Shown: positions 1-9,917 of the stretch, in pieces | Numbering within the stretch: the first letter of the stretch is position 1 | How the letters are laid out: each line of letters starts with the position of its first letter | Origin: a virus | Strand: one strand, 5' to 3' | IMG/VR virus record: IMGVR_UViG_3300032053_011398 | DNA length: 64,000 bases | Translations under genes and position numbers: made by a program | The notes under the pieces: generated by a model | The model's input: the letters and a program-made list of their open reading frames with translations, nothing else | The model's database searches: none | What the model was told of the DNA's origin: nothing

Positions 1-407
1 AAAGGGCTGGCGGACGCCAGGTAAGGACACCCGTTCAGGATCATGCCGCGCTCGGCGTAGGCGTAAAAGTAGAGATTGATTTCGCCGCCCGTGACATGGT
101 GAAGGTAGGCCATCGGGCCGGTCGTAAAGAGCAGATCGCCGATTCCACGGTCGCGGTATCGCTCGATCAAAATGGTGGAGTCGGTCAGACGCACCTTCGA
201 GGCCGTCCTTAACGGCTTGTAGAGGGACGAACCCTCCAGATCGGACATCTTTTCGATGTAAGGAGCCAGGTCATCCAGCACGTCGGCATTCAAGATGTGG
301 CGGCGTTTTGGGTTCAGTAGCCAGGTCTCGTCATCCGACCGGCGCATCATGACCGGCCTGTTTAACGATGCCACTACCCATCGCGCGTTGTGCGGTTTTC
401 GATTCAT
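1..407 (-). CDS. Partial glycosyltransferase, GT9/heptosyltransferase-like (runs off the window edge)
   Basis: Manual translation MNRKPHNARW...LIERYRDRGIGDLLFTTG; the GIGD motif is typical of GT9 N-termini; GGTTCT motif 9 nt upstream. Confidence 0.6.
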   Translation of the reverse strand, partial: MNRKPHNARWVVASLNRPVMMRRSDDETWLLNPKRRHILNADVLDDLAPYIEKMSDLEGSSLYKPLRTASKVRLTDSTILIERYRDRGIGDLLFTTGPMAYLHHVTGGEINLYFYAYAERGMILNGCPYLASASP

Positions 408-427
408 GCTCAAAGAAGAACCCTTTT

Positions 428-688
428 TCAAACGTATCGTTCCGAAATCCGTATTAAGCCCTGGGACGACCGTGGCTGCTTCCTGACCATCGACACGCGC
501 CGATAGCGGATCACTTTCTTCTGCCGCGTCAGCACGGCCAGGTCAGAGAGCAGCCTGCCTCTCAACCGTCTCGATTCTGTTCTATCTTTAACCCGGCGCG
601 TCAGCTCGTCGATCATCGCCATCGTCTGGACAAGTTGGCCACGCCTGACCCGCAAATAGGCCAGAATGTCATCCGTGAAATCAAGCAT
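428..688 (-). CDS. Hypothetical basic protein
   Basis: 86-aa ORF overlapping the upstream stop, same strand as neighbours. Confidence 0.55.
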   Translation of the reverse strand: MLDFTDDILAYLRVRRGQLVQTMAMIDELTRRVKDRTESRRLRGRLLSDLAVLTRQKKVIRYRRVSMVRKQPRSSQGLIRISERYV

Positions 689-1202
689 CGCTACATTTTG
701 GTTCGTTAAAAATTTGCTTAATCATCCCTTGATGGTTGACAAATTTGCCCCGTTCATACTCGTAAAGCGCATTGCAGTTATGACAGCGAATATCAACATC
801 CTGTTTCTTACCCAACCAAATTAGAGTCAGTTCACCCATAGATAATTTTCGCTTCTTGTCCTTAAGATGATTGATCGCAAGAACCCGCACATCTGTATTT
901 CCACAAACGGAACACGCGGCTCCCAGTTTTCTAATAATTAAGAACCTTAAATAAGTCTGGCCAGAAACACCAAACTTCGCTGCTTCAAAGACCGCACCGT
1001 GAATTTTCTTGCGTCGAGGAGGACGCCGCTTAATTCCCAACATCTTGAGCACGCTTAAAATGGATGGTTTTGCGGTTCCATCGACTTTAGCGATTTCCTG
1101 GGCTGACAAACCGTAGCCATAAAGACGGCCAATTTGCTTTCGGCTGAGTTTACCAATCAACCTCGCTTTTTTCTTAAAATAACCAGTCGGTCTTTTCCAC
1201 AT
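681..1202 (-). CDS. HTH plus HNH-like putative homing endonuclease
   Basis: HTH-like LSAQEIAK segment; CxxC...LAINH...RCHNCN; lower GC than flanks. Confidence 0.6.
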   Translation of the reverse strand: MWKRPTGYFKKKARLIGKLSRKQIGRLYGYGLSAQEIAKVDGTAKPSILSVLKMLGIKRRPPRRKKIHGAVFEAAKFGVSGQTYLRFLIIRKLGAACSVCGNTDVRVLAINHLKDKKRKLSMGELTLIWLGKKQDVDIRCHNCNALYEYERGKFVNHQGMIKQIFNEPKCSDA

Positions 1203-1218
1203 ATTGCCCTAAATACAC

Positions 1219-3588
1219 TCAAAGTTTACCCATATACGGATGGATCGTTTCAGGTATGCTTTCCCATTCTTGTTTCGACCAAGATCGGACAGCGGGCCAT
1301 ATCTGGTAATTCTTAAAAAAATGGATTCCTTTTGGTCCATTGGGATAATTGTGGACATAGCCGGGACGAATATTAGGCAAAACCTTGTTCAAAAACTCCT
1401 CGAAATCGTAAAGCGGATCGTCAAAGTGACCACTCTGGACGTGCTTCTCCCTGGTTTCCTCTTTCGTCCGGCGCGTGCTTGTGAAGTGGTAAACGATGAC
1501 CCGGTTTTCGTTGTAAACCTGGCCGATGGGCGTCCGGCAATCGCGGAAGACGCAGCTCTGGCCGACATAGGAAATCACCCGGTCGGTCGCGCCTTGGATC
1601 GGGTAGCCCGGAAAGCCCACCACCGGGATCATCGGCAATGAGATTGCCAGCGGGTTGCTTTTGTCAACAATATCCTTTATGAGTGCCAGAGAACCAATCT
1701 GCCACAGTTCGTCGCTATCCACGACGCAGATTTGATTGAAGCCGTTCTGCCGCACCCAGGCCAGGCTGTCGTTGCGAACCCGCGTCTCAACCGCGATCCG
1801 GCTGTCGCCCGCGAAGCGGTAATCGGACACGCAGAAGATTTTGGCCAGGGCCTTGGCACCCAAGGAGCGCAGCCACTCGGCGGCGTCGAGCACCTGCTGG
1901 ATGTCGCCCTGGGGTGTGGACTTGCCCGACCAATATTCGTCCGGGATGCAGAAAAAGAAGTTGCGGATACCCTCGTCAAACAGCCGTTTGACCACTTCCC
2001 GCAGGCAAAGGTCGTCACGGGTCGCTTGCGTATAGACGGCGAACTTGCTGTAGTCCGCGCTTGGGCGTGCCGCCTCGGCCTTGACCGCGCCCTTCACGTC
2101 GTTGGGGAAATTGCGGTGCTTGCGGAAATTGAACAGCATCTCTCCCCGATTCCACCGCTCTTTACTGGCGTGGACCAGATCAACTTCGTCGCGGGGGCGC
2201 TTGTTGCAGTCCGGGTGAAGATGCTCAATGGGGATGTGCTTGGCATTGATGACCCGGCCTTCGCCGTAAGCGACCTCGGTGAACTCGGTATCGCAATTGT
2301 GGCTCAGATACCCCCCTGCGATGAAGTTCTTTGTTGACGTTTTTAAGCAGACCACCGGACCCATTCCTGCCGGTTCGATTCGCATGATCCGGTCGGGCGC
2401 GGTGAAGCGCGATTTCAAAATTCTGGAAAGTGCCTGCGGCGAAGTTCGCTTCAACGGCAGAACCATGTTCAGAAACCGGACGTAAGCCGATTTGCCGCCA
2501 GTGATCGTAAACACGCGCTGCTTGTGCTGCCGACCCGTCTTTTTGGAATAGCGCGAGTCGTCCCAGTCGTCCGCCGAAAAGGAAAACCCATATTTAGCCA
2601 GCAACCGTTCAATCTCCGCACAGATGGTAGGATTAGCCACAACCGATTGGCTGATAACAGGAAAAGTGCCTTCACCGTCCATGATCCCAGCGAGCCATCC
2701 AAGCTCCCGTGCCTCCGTGACGGAAACATTCGGAAGTTCCGTAGATTCGATGACGTGCAGCAGTTGCCGTCCGACTCTTGGATGCCCGTAGATGAAACCG
2801 TTTTCTACAAGAATCGGTCCATTTTTAAGTGCCAAACCGGGAACTTTGGCCGTGCTGCCTGCCAGTCGGCCATCGCCCTTGTAAGCCCAAAAATGGTCCG
2901 GTGTGCAGATCAATTCGCGCCCGGAATCCAAAATGACGCGCACACGTTCGGACTCGCGGCGCATTACCCTCGCTACTTTGGCTTCGGACAGAAAATTGCG
3001 TTGCTGGAGCGCATCGCCGCGTGCTCCGAATTTCCGTGTTGAACCGATTACAGCGTCACCTACCGCGACATCCCCAATCGGCTTGAAGGTGATGTCGCCC
3101 ATCCAAACCGGAGTTTCAGGGGAAAGGCAGAAGATCGACTCGTAGCTGGGATAAAACAGGTAGCCGAACTTCTCATAGCGGACACGGGTCAGGATGGCCA
3201 AGACCATCAGGTCGTGGACGTAGCCGTCTTCGGTGTGGGCCGTCCAGTCCTCGTCGATCCACCCGGTTTTTAATGTAAACAATTTCTCATCCCAGTCCTG
3301 ACAGGGTTTGAAGTCGTCGGCGATGGCGAGGATGACTTTGCCGGTTGTGGCGGCTGCGGCCAGATTCCAGCCTCGCACGCTGTTGTAAGGTGGTTCATCC
3401 TGAATGACTATCTTGGCATCCGGCACGTGCTTGGCGTATTCGATGGCCTTGAGGTTGTTGCCGTCCACGGCGATGACAACCTCGACGGTGTGCTTACCCG
3501 AAGCAGTTCTGCGCCAGGTCTCGACGGCAATCGGAATCACGTCGGCCCGGACGCTCGTGTAAGCCAATGAGAAAGTTGGTTGTGCCAT
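1219..3588 (-). CDS. Two-domain GT-A (GT2-like) glycosyltransferase containing an intein; likely start MAQPTF at 3588
   Basis: VVIAVDG, GWNLAA, IADDF (DxD) in domain 1; VDSDE in domain 2. Confidence 0.8.
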   Translation of the reverse strand: MAQPTFSLAYTSVRADVIPIAVETWRRTASGKHTVEVVIAVDGNNLKAIEYAKHVPDAKIVIQDEPPYNSVRGWNLAAAATTGKVILAIADDFKPCQDWDEKLFTLKTGWIDEDWTAHTEDGYVHDLMVLAILTRVRYEKFGYLFYPSYESIFCLSPETPVWMGDITFKPIGDVAVGDAVIGSTRKFGARGDALQQRNFLSEAKVARVMRRESERVRVILDSGRELICTPDHFWAYKGDGRLAGSTAKVPGLALKNGPILVENGFIYGHPRVGRQLLHVIESTELPNVSVTEARELGWLAGIMDGEGTFPVISQSVVANPTICAEIERLLAKYGFSFSADDWDDSRYSKKTGRQHKQRVFTITGGKSAYVRFLNMVLPLKRTSPQALSRILKSRFTAPDRIMRIEPAGMGPVVCLKTSTKNFIAGGYLSHNCDTEFTEVAYGEGRVINAKHIPIEHLHPDCNKRPRDEVDLVHASKERWNRGEMLFNFRKHRNFPNDVKGAVKAEAARPSADYSKFAVYTQATRDDLCLREVVKRLFDEGIRNFFFCIPDEYWSGKSTPQGDIQQVLDAAEWLRSLGAKALAKIFCVSDYRFAGDSRIAVETRVRNDSLAWVRQNGFNQICVVDSDELWQIGSLALIKDIVDKSNPLAISLPMIPVVGFPGYPIQGATDRVISYVGQSCVFRDCRTPIGQVYNENRVIVYHFTSTRRTKEETREKHVQSGHFDDPLYDFEEFLNKVLPNIRPGYVHNYPNGPKGIHFFKNYQIWPAVRSWSKQEWESIPETIHPYMGKL
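2296..3129 (-). mobile_element. Intein with LAGLIDADG endonuclease in the glycosyltransferase
   Basis: F|CLSPETPV, block B CTPDH, WLAGIMDGEG, LSHN|C. Confidence 0.9.
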
Positions 3589-3590
3589 AA

Positions 3591-3610
3591 TTCCGTTCTG
3601 TAGAACGGAA
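3591..3610. promoter_or_regulatory. Palindrome TTCCGTTCT-GT-AGAACGGAA made of two opposed CGTTCT motifs between divergent genes
   Basis: Perfect 9-bp inverted repeat between starts at 3588(-) and 3617(+). Confidence 0.6.
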
Positions 3611-3616
3611 AACGAT

Positions 3617-3859
3617 ATGGTGTGCGAGAACGAGAAACTGCGCGAGAAACAACAAAAGTGTTTGGCGCTGGCCCAACAAAGCGCGAGGTTGTCGGCGAAG
3701 GTTGCGCCCCTGGTCATCGCTTCGGCCTTGCTCCAGGAAGCGATGAACCTGAACCAGCAGTTGGTCTTGCTGGCCAATGAATTGAGCAATGAGCGAGAAG
3801 CAAAAAATCCTGACCCTCATGGTGGAGAAGTTCCGCCAGAAGCACGGCCATCCGCCTGA
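3617..3859 (+). CDS. Hypothetical protein
   Basis: ORF directly after the CGTTCT motif; overlaps next ORF. Confidence 0.45.
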   Translation: MVCENEKLREKQQKCLALAQQSARLSAKVAPLVIASALLQEAMNLNQQLVLLANELSNEREAKNPDPHGGEVPPEARPSA

Positions 3860-4067
3860 GAAAATCGTGGTCGCCCCCGTGGCGCTGGTCTCGCTGGGCC
3901 TGAAGAAAAGCGTCGCGCCGGTCTGGAACGACGTGCCGGTCGAGTGCCGCCTGTTCAAGGAGGAGGAAGTCGCAGCCCGGCATGAAAAAGCCAAAGTCAA
4001 AAATCTCGGCGTCTTCGTGAAGGAGAAGCGGGGCAGGCTCCAATTGGCAGCCTGTGACCTGCTTTAG
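3789..4067 (+). CDS. Hypothetical protein
   Basis: 92-aa ORF directly upstream of the methyltransferase. Confidence 0.55.
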   Translation: MSEKQKILTLMVEKFRQKHGHPPEKIVVAPVALVSLGLKKSVAPVWNDVPVECRLFKEEEVAARHEKAKVKNLGVFVKEKRGRLQLAACDLL

Positions 4068-4078
4068 CTAGGAACGCA

Positions 4079-4645
4079 ATGATGACTTATCTCGACATCG
4101 ACAAAGTGCAGAAAGCAAAAGCTGGATTCAGTTTTGACTACGGTCCTTTGCTGGACCAATTGCTCGCCCGCGTGCCGGTTAACGGCTTGGTGGTTGAATT
4201 AGGCTGTTTTTTGGGGTGCAGCACCGCTTATATCGCCCAATTTTTTAAACAACGCCAGCAAGCTGTGCGATTTATAACCTGCGATACTTTTCAAGGCTAC
4301 GCGGCAGCGAATCAATTTTACTTTGAAACGCTGAATAACCTGAAAGCCTGCGGGGTGCGCGATAACGTCCACGTCGTCACCGCCCGGTCCTGGGACTTGG
4401 CTGATCTCTTTGACAGCCAGGAGGTAGATTTCGTTTGGGTGGACGCCGCGCATGACTACCCATCTGTTCAACATGACTTAGAAGCATGGCTACCCAAGCT
4501 CAAATCGGCGCATTGCATTGCAGGCCATGACTATAGCGAAACTGGAGTGAAGCGGGCGGTTGATGAAATGGCCGCAGAACACAATCTGAGAGTCCAAGTT
4601 TACAATCCGGCAGGTTGGCAAAGCTGGTTCTTTAATTCAGCATAA
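4079..4645 (+). CDS. Class I SAM-dependent methyltransferase (Methyltransf_24-like)
   Basis: VELGCFLGCS, DFVWVDAAHDY, IAGHDY. Confidence 0.85.
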   Translation: MMTYLDIDKVQKAKAGFSFDYGPLLDQLLARVPVNGLVVELGCFLGCSTAYIAQFFKQRQQAVRFITCDTFQGYAAANQFYFETLNNLKACGVRDNVHVVTARSWDLADLFDSQEVDFVWVDAAHDYPSVQHDLEAWLPKLKSAHCIAGHDYSETGVKRAVDEMAAEHNLRVQVYNPAGWQSWFFNSA

Positions 4646-4689
4646 TCCTAGAACCAGCTTCTTGGATTACTTTAATTTGTAAACAAAAG

Positions 4690-5598
4690 CTATCGTTCGA
4701 CCAATTTTCCGTGCTGACCGCGCTTATATCGGGTGATAGAATGCTCCTTCGGGGTGCCGTTAAGCCGATTCCCGTAGTGCTGTTCAAAAGCATTATCATA
4801 GGTCCAAGCAGCGTCAACTTCCAGTTTGAAGTAGCCAAGGCATACCAACTTGCGGTCAATGGTGACCCGGCACTGCCAGCTTTTTCCAGGAGCAAACCAA
4901 GTGACACCCCGGTAGCTTGATTTCGCCCCCACTATGCGCGTCATGCGCCCCATGTTGGCCCGGCTGATTTTGTCGCGCTGCTCTGGAGTGCGCTTTAGAC
5001 CTCGGTGTGCCGCCGCGCACTTCTCAACGTGCTCCAAGGATTGTTTTTGACCGAGCTGGGCCTTGGCCATGCTCCGGCAGTGCTGTTTCAGCCAAGCTTG
5101 AAGTCCTGGATTAGCAGCACGAGCCGCCTGGACTTTAGCTACGTGTTCCGGGCTGACGACTTTGCCTTTGTTACTTGTGCTAATTCTGGCAGCAATTTCA
5201 GGAAGCATCCTGTGGCCAGTTTCGGCTTCGAGCTTGTCACAATAGACTTTTCTGGCTTTCCTCATAGCTTCACGGCGAGCTTCTTTGATATGCCCGGCCA
5301 GTGGACCGGTATGGCTTTCTCCCCAGTTGAGCAAGGTATCAACTCCGTAAAACCTGATGCGCCGTCTTTCTTCCATCAATGCTTCGATTTCGTCATCGGT
5401 CTCGAAGACTTTGCGCGGTTTGAAATCCTTACCAGAAGCAATCAAGTCGCTGAGGCCATGGTAAAGATAGAGCTGAGTTTTGGAGGGTGGTTGAAGGGCA
5501 TAACGCCGATGCTTATACATCCTCTGACCAGAACCTTTACCTACGTAGCAGACAGTCCCACCAGGCACGATCACTAATTCGTAAACATAATACTTCAT
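4690..5598 (-). CDS. GIY-YIG homing endonuclease with NUMOD3-like repeats and C-terminal AP2-like domain
   Basis: YYVY...YVGKG...R; SPEHVAK/TPEQRDKIS repeats; SSYRGVTW...LGYF..EVDAA. Confidence 0.85.
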   Translation of the reverse strand: MKYYVYELVIVPGGTVCYVGKGSGQRMYKHRRYALQPPSKTQLYLYHGLSDLIASGKDFKPRKVFETDDEIEALMEERRRIRFYGVDTLLNWGESHTGPLAGHIKEARREAMRKARKVYCDKLEAETGHRMLPEIAARISTSNKGKVVSPEHVAKVQAARAANPGLQAWLKQHCRSMAKAQLGQKQSLEHVEKCAAAHRGLKRTPEQRDKISRANMGRMTRIVGAKSSYRGVTWFAPGKSWQCRVTIDRKLVCLGYFKLEVDAAWTYDNAFEQHYGNRLNGTPKEHSITRYKRGQHGKLVER

Positions 5599-5625
5599 GC
5601 GTCAACTATGGCGCATGTTTATCCC

Positions 5626-6399
5626 CTAGTCAATTTGCACGGGCGGAAACAATTGCATATTTTGCAGCCGCTCGCGGAGCTTGTCCAGGCGAGCCTGGGC
5701 GTTGGTGCGCTTGGCTTGATCGAGGATCATGGGCTGAAGCGGGGCGGGCACCGCGCCGGAGAATTTGGCCAGAACTTCACCGTAGGTGTAACGGGCCTGC
5801 TCCGTGGCGAACTCCTTGACCCACTGGGAACCGGTCAAATCCAGGTCATCGGTCCTGGCGTAAGAGGCATACATAAAGACACCTGCCTGGTATCGCTCGA
5901 TGGGATTGTGGATCATCAGGCACTTTCGACCTTCATCGTAAAACCACTGGGGCTGGACCGAGGTCACGCGCTGCCAGACCTTCCGCCAGCGGAGGAACGT
6001 GTCATACTCGTCCAGGCCAGTGCGGAACAGGGGCGCGGGGTTAATCAAATTTCCGTAGAAAATTTCCGTCGGAACAGGGTTAGGCTCAACGAAATGCACC
6101 TCCACGACGCCCTGGTAAACATTGGCGTCCTTGAGATATTCGTAGATGCCTTTGACTAGGCTGAGACTGCCGACCCGGATGGTGGGCCTCCACTGGCCGT
6201 AGAGCTGAAGGCCGTCGTTGACGGCATCGAGAACCTGCTGCCGGGTCAGCTCGACATTCCAGGTAGGGGCACCAAGCTGGCGGAAGATATAATTAACGAG
6301 CTGGTCCATGGTGTAACCAGTCTGCGGCAGCGTGTCGGGCGACGCCGCCGAAGTCATCACCGGCTGGGCCGAATTGCTACTTGGGCCTGATACAGACAT
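5626..6399 (-). CDS. Neck/head-completion protein, T4 gp13-like
   Basis: LVNYIFRQLGAPTWNVELTRQQVLDAV resembles the gp13 N-terminus; GTAGTTA motif upstream. Confidence 0.75.
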   Translation of the reverse strand: MSVSGPSSNSAQPVMTSAASPDTLPQTGYTMDQLVNYIFRQLGAPTWNVELTRQQVLDAVNDGLQLYGQWRPTIRVGSLSLVKGIYEYLKDANVYQGVVEVHFVEPNPVPTEIFYGNLINPAPLFRTGLDEYDTFLRWRKVWQRVTSVQPQWFYDEGRKCLMIHNPIERYQAGVFMYASYARTDDLDLTGSQWVKEFATEQARYTYGEVLAKFSGAVPAPLQPMILDQAKRTNAQARLDKLRERLQNMQLFPPVQID

Positions 6400-6406
6400 G
6401 CCCTAA

Positions 6407-7546
6407 CTACCCCTCGGCAGGGTATGGATTCATCAAGTCGTCGGCAGTCGCCGGGTATTTGCGCTTCACGTAGCGTTCCAGTTCGGAGCGGAATTTGAAA
6501 TGCTTGCCATCGGCGAGACAGATGAACCGCTTATCATCCTGCTCCTCGGTCGCCGGAGGCGGCTCCAGGACAGGATCGGGCATCCCGCTCTCCTGGATCG
6601 GTTGAAGTATCCCAAACCGCTGTTCGAGCGTTTGATCCTGTCCCTCGGCTGGTTCGGCGGGCGGGGGTTCCTGGACGACGGCGGCAACCCGCTTGGGCAA
6701 GATGCGCTGGGGTATGGCGGGCGAGGAAGAAGCGATGGGGGCCGGGGCGTGGGACACGCCCGGAGAAACCGGGCGGCGGGACTGGATCGGCTGCGCCGAA
6801 GACAAGTCGGACAAACTCGTGGGTTGATCCGGCGCAACGAGCCTGACAGACGCGACAGCTTTGACCCTGCTGGGATCGAAGTTTTCCGGGGAAGCAACTT
6901 GAGCAGCGCGATTCAAACCCTGCTGGAGCTGAACGCGCCGAACGGCCTCAACGGGAGCGATGCGTTCGTCCACTGCGGTCAATTCCGGCGTCATTGGCGC
7001 GGCTGTCCTCAGCTTGGGCGGCGACTCGATGGAATATCTTATGTCGGGCAGTTCTTTGCTCGACTGGGGTGCGCCGGATGTGTCGGTGGTTCCGAAATCT
7101 TCTGGCACGAGGCGCGGCTTGCCGATAAAACCAAGTTCGCGTGCCCGCGCAACGGTCATTCCAAGGTGCGGCACCTTGTTGATCGCGATTTCCGGGAGCG
7201 CCCTGGTTGGGTCTTGCGCGTAAGAGGGCACCACCTGGCCGTCCGGCTGCCGAACGAAGCCGGTAGCCTGGGTGACCGAGTGAGCCGGGCGAACAGACTT
7301 GACGAAGCGCGGCACCCAGTTGATGGACACCGGCGTCGGGCTGGTGGACTTGCTCAAACCCTTCGGTTGAACGTAGTTCTCGAAAATCGGGTCGTTGATG
7401 TAGCGGCCCGCTCGATCCCGAACGTATTGGCCTGGGTTCAGCTCGCACTTGAGGTTCAGCTCCGAAATCTCAATGTAGATTCGATACTGGTTGGGATTGA
7501 AAAATCCAACCACATTGGTCGTCGCCGCTGTTGTGTCTCCGTTCAT
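6407..7546 (-). CDS. Hypothetical protein with Pro/Ala-rich linker
   Basis: 379-aa ORF, CGTTCT motif 9 nt upstream. Confidence 0.7.
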   Translation of the reverse strand: MNGDTTAATTNVVGFFNPNQYRIYIEISELNLKCELNPGQYVRDRAGRYINDPIFENYVQPKGLSKSTSPTPVSINWVPRFVKSVRPAHSVTQATGFVRQPDGQVVPSYAQDPTRALPEIAINKVPHLGMTVARARELGFIGKPRLVPEDFGTTDTSGAPQSSKELPDIRYSIESPPKLRTAAPMTPELTAVDERIAPVEAVRRVQLQQGLNRAAQVASPENFDPSRVKAVASVRLVAPDQPTSLSDLSSAQPIQSRRPVSPGVSHAPAPIASSSPAIPQRILPKRVAAVVQEPPPAEPAEGQDQTLEQRFGILQPIQESGMPDPVLEPPPATEEQDDKRFICLADGKHFKFRSELERYVKRKYPATADDLMNPYPAEG

Positions 7547-7651
7547 ACACCTTGAAGAACGGATTTATTCGGAAAGCGTCTAGGAAGAATTTTCTGTAAA
7601 CATAAAAAATTACTCCTGGCCCGTGCTAGCGGCTGCTTTAACTACCCAAAA

Positions 7652-7667
7652 TGTTCCACGTGGAACA
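7652..7667. promoter_or_regulatory. parS-like palindrome TGTTCCACGTGGAACA
   Basis: Perfect 16-bp palindrome matching the chromosomal ParB site consensus; intergenic. Confidence 0.75.
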
Positions 7668-7729
7668 ATTCTGGTTCTAATTATGCGGTCAGTGCGGGAA
7701 TTGGACAAGTCTCCTGAACTGGCGACAGG

Positions 7730-7963
7730 CTATTGACGAGCGAGCAGCGGTGCCACGGCTCGCTCGGCCCATTCGGTGAGGGAGATTTGGACGCCGCTTT
7801 CGTCGTCGTCATCCCCGCCGCCAGCGGACAGTTCGGGCTGTGGTGCCGTGTTCAACGTCGCCCAATCGGGCACGCAAAACTCGCAGAAGCAGAGTCGTCC
7901 GTGCGCCTTTGGCGCTTGCGTCAGTGTGTTCGTTTCTGCGCTCACAGGGCCAATATCGCCCAT
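7730..7963 (-). CDS. Small hypothetical protein
   Basis: 77-aa ORF with CxCxxC and an acidic tract. Confidence 0.4.
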   Translation of the reverse strand: MGDIGPVSAETNTLTQAPKAHGRLCFCEFCVPDWATLNTAPQPELSAGGGDDDDESGVQISLTEWAERAVAPLLARQ

Positions 7964-8047
7964 GAGAGGGAGGAAGTAAACAAATTATTGCTAAAAAGAT
8001 CAAAAAAGTTTACGATAGCGGGCATGATTCGAGACAAGGAATAGGCT

Positions 8048-9256
8048 TTAGGCCGGTTGTCCCGGCCCAACCTGGCCCTGGATAGGGCCTTGCTCCGCCC
8101 CGCCCTGGGGGCGCATGGCCGGGTGCTGGCGCTCAGCCGGTAGCTGGCTGGGATCGGAGTGCTGCCAAATCTCCGGGCGCTCCCGGTAGAGGATGTCCAG
8201 GTAGTAATCGGGCAGGTCTTTGAGCAGGAAGTTATGCTCCGGCAGATAGCCCTCACCGGCGAGGCCCTGGATTTCCTTCCGTTGACGAAGCAGCTCGAAA
8301 ATGTATTTCCAAAGCCTGGGTGACGGCTTCTGGTTCTTGCGGCCCTTCATCTCTCCTAAAACGCGCGTATTCGTATCGAAGATAAACGTCGCGTGCGGCT
8401 TCCAGACGGTTTTGCCCGCGATGTTGAACGGCTCAGCCAACTCGTAAATCGTCTGCCCCTCCTTTTTTGCTGCCACATTGCCACAATGGCCCATCGTGGT
8501 CTGGCCGTGGAGCACGGAGCAATTCCGGTGGAGGTCGAACCAGCGCCAGCCGTTCGGGAACGTCAAAAGTGTCTGGAGCGGGCCTTCCGAGTCCTTGAAG
8601 TCAAACGGCTTGCGGTTGTAAGGAGTCGCCTCCCAGTTGGCCATGTATTTTCGCAGGAGCATGATCTGGCCACGCCGGAAGATCGAAGCGATCTCGCCGA
8701 AGGTCTGCCGCAGGAAGATCGTCTTGTGAATGATGTTGTCCGGCTCGCGCTCGCCGTAGGTATCAGCCAGCTCCAGGTAGCGGCCAATCACATCCAGGAT
8801 CGTGTCGATGACGCCGTAGCCGCTGTAGGGCGGCTCGAAGGCTTCCGGGTCTTCCGGGTCAACCTCCTGAAAGGCAGTGGTATCCACGTCGGCCAGCTTT
8901 TGGAGCTGGCGCTGAAGGCCGGATTGATTCGGGGCCGGGGGCGAACCAACTTTTTTCTGGAAATATTCCGGCTCGTGCTGGGTCATCCACAGCAGCTCGG
9001 AAACCAAGCCCTTTTTGTATTGCCGGAGCGCCCAAACGATCCGATCTTCCCGCTTGAGGATTTTCCGGGCTTCCTCCACCTTGCGAGCGACTTCCGGGGA
9101 CAATTCGGTGACCTTGGCCACTTTGCCGTTAGCCAGAGGCACAACCAGGCTGTCGATCATGGGCAAATACTTGTCCACCGCCTCGCACACGAACACGAAG
9201 GCGTGAACCCCATCTGTCGTAAGCACTTGTTCGACTATCCGAGCAGCATCGGTCAT
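8048..9256 (-). CDS. Hypothetical protein with PcfJ-like C-terminal domain
   Basis: MGHCG...IYEL...KPHATF...EMKGRKNQKP; GTAGTTA upstream. Confidence 0.6.
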   Translation of the reverse strand: MTDAARIVEQVLTTDGVHAFVFVCEAVDKYLPMIDSLVVPLANGKVAKVTELSPEVARKVEEARKILKREDRIVWALRQYKKGLVSELLWMTQHEPEYFQKKVGSPPAPNQSGLQRQLQKLADVDTTAFQEVDPEDPEAFEPPYSGYGVIDTILDVIGRYLELADTYGEREPDNIIHKTIFLRQTFGEIASIFRRGQIMLLRKYMANWEATPYNRKPFDFKDSEGPLQTLLTFPNGWRWFDLHRNCSVLHGQTTMGHCGNVAAKKEGQTIYELAEPFNIAGKTVWKPHATFIFDTNTRVLGEMKGRKNQKPSPRLWKYIFELLRQRKEIQGLAGEGYLPEHNFLLKDLPDYYLDILYRERPEIWQHSDPSQLPAERQHPAMRPQGGAEQGPIQGQVGPGQPA

Positions 9257-9280
9257 AAACTCTGACCATAACTACCGCGT

Positions 9281-9313
9281 AAACAAAAACGGCCCCAGGT
9301 TTCTTTGGGGCCG
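9281..9313 (-). terminator. Intrinsic terminator after the HNH gene
   Basis: CGGCCCCA/TGGGGCCG stem followed by a T-tract on the minus strand. Confidence 0.65.
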
Positions 9314-9317
9314 AGTG

Positions 9318-9917
9318 TCAATGAGTCAGGAAGTGGTTCCAGTCCGGCTTATCCGGCCTGCGCCGGATCAACAGCGTGATCGGGACTTCCTTTGGCTCCT
9401 GCGGAGGGCGGATCAGCTTCCAACCCATCTCGCGGAGGGTGCGGCTGCCCTTCTTGCTGTTCAGGTCACGCCGCATCCAAACCATATTGCGCCAAGACTT
9501 CTTGGCACCGCCACGGCTCTTGGGGATTAGGTGGTCAACCGAACCGTCCGGGCAAAACTCGCCCGTAACCTGGCACCGGCAGTTGTCGCGCTGCTTGATA
9601 CCCCGGTTGTCCAGCTTCGGACGTTTCATGGGCACGTTGGCGTAGTTGACCGCCGCGATGACCGTGGGCACCCGAACCTGGCCGCGCACAGTGCCAAGAA
9701 ACTTATCCCCCGGATGTCCAGCTTTGACCGGTCGGATCGGAAGCGCCAACCACTCCGCCAAACTGACGGCGCGAAAGCCCCTCGACTCGTCTCCCGTGTC
9801 GATACCCGTGGCTATCCCACGGAACATGTCACAGAGGGCGGTCGCCACGTCAGTCGTGTCAATGGCCTGCCAATTTCTGTTGAGCACCAGAACGGAATCT
9901 GTCAGCGCGTCGGTCAT
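9318..9917 (-). CDS. HNH endonuclease (McrA-like, VLVLN family)
   Basis: SVLVLNRNWQAI, RDNCRCQ, SVDHLIPKSRGG..SWRN...N..KG. Confidence 0.85.
   Translation of the reverse strand: MTDALTDSVLVLNRNWQAIDTTDVATALCDMFRGIATGIDTGDESRGFRAVSLAEWLALPIRPVKAGHPGDKFLGTVRGQVRVPTVIAAVNYANVPMKRPKLDNRGIKQRDNCRCQVTGEFCPDGSVDHLIPKSRGGAKKSWRNMVWMRRDLNSKKGSRTLREMGWKLIRPPQEPKEVPITLLIRRRPDKPDWNHFLTH

Noticed and set aside
7622-7633. 12-bp match (CGTGCTAGCGGC) to the hairpin at ~10528-10539
   Set aside because: A single short GC-rich match is compatible with chance
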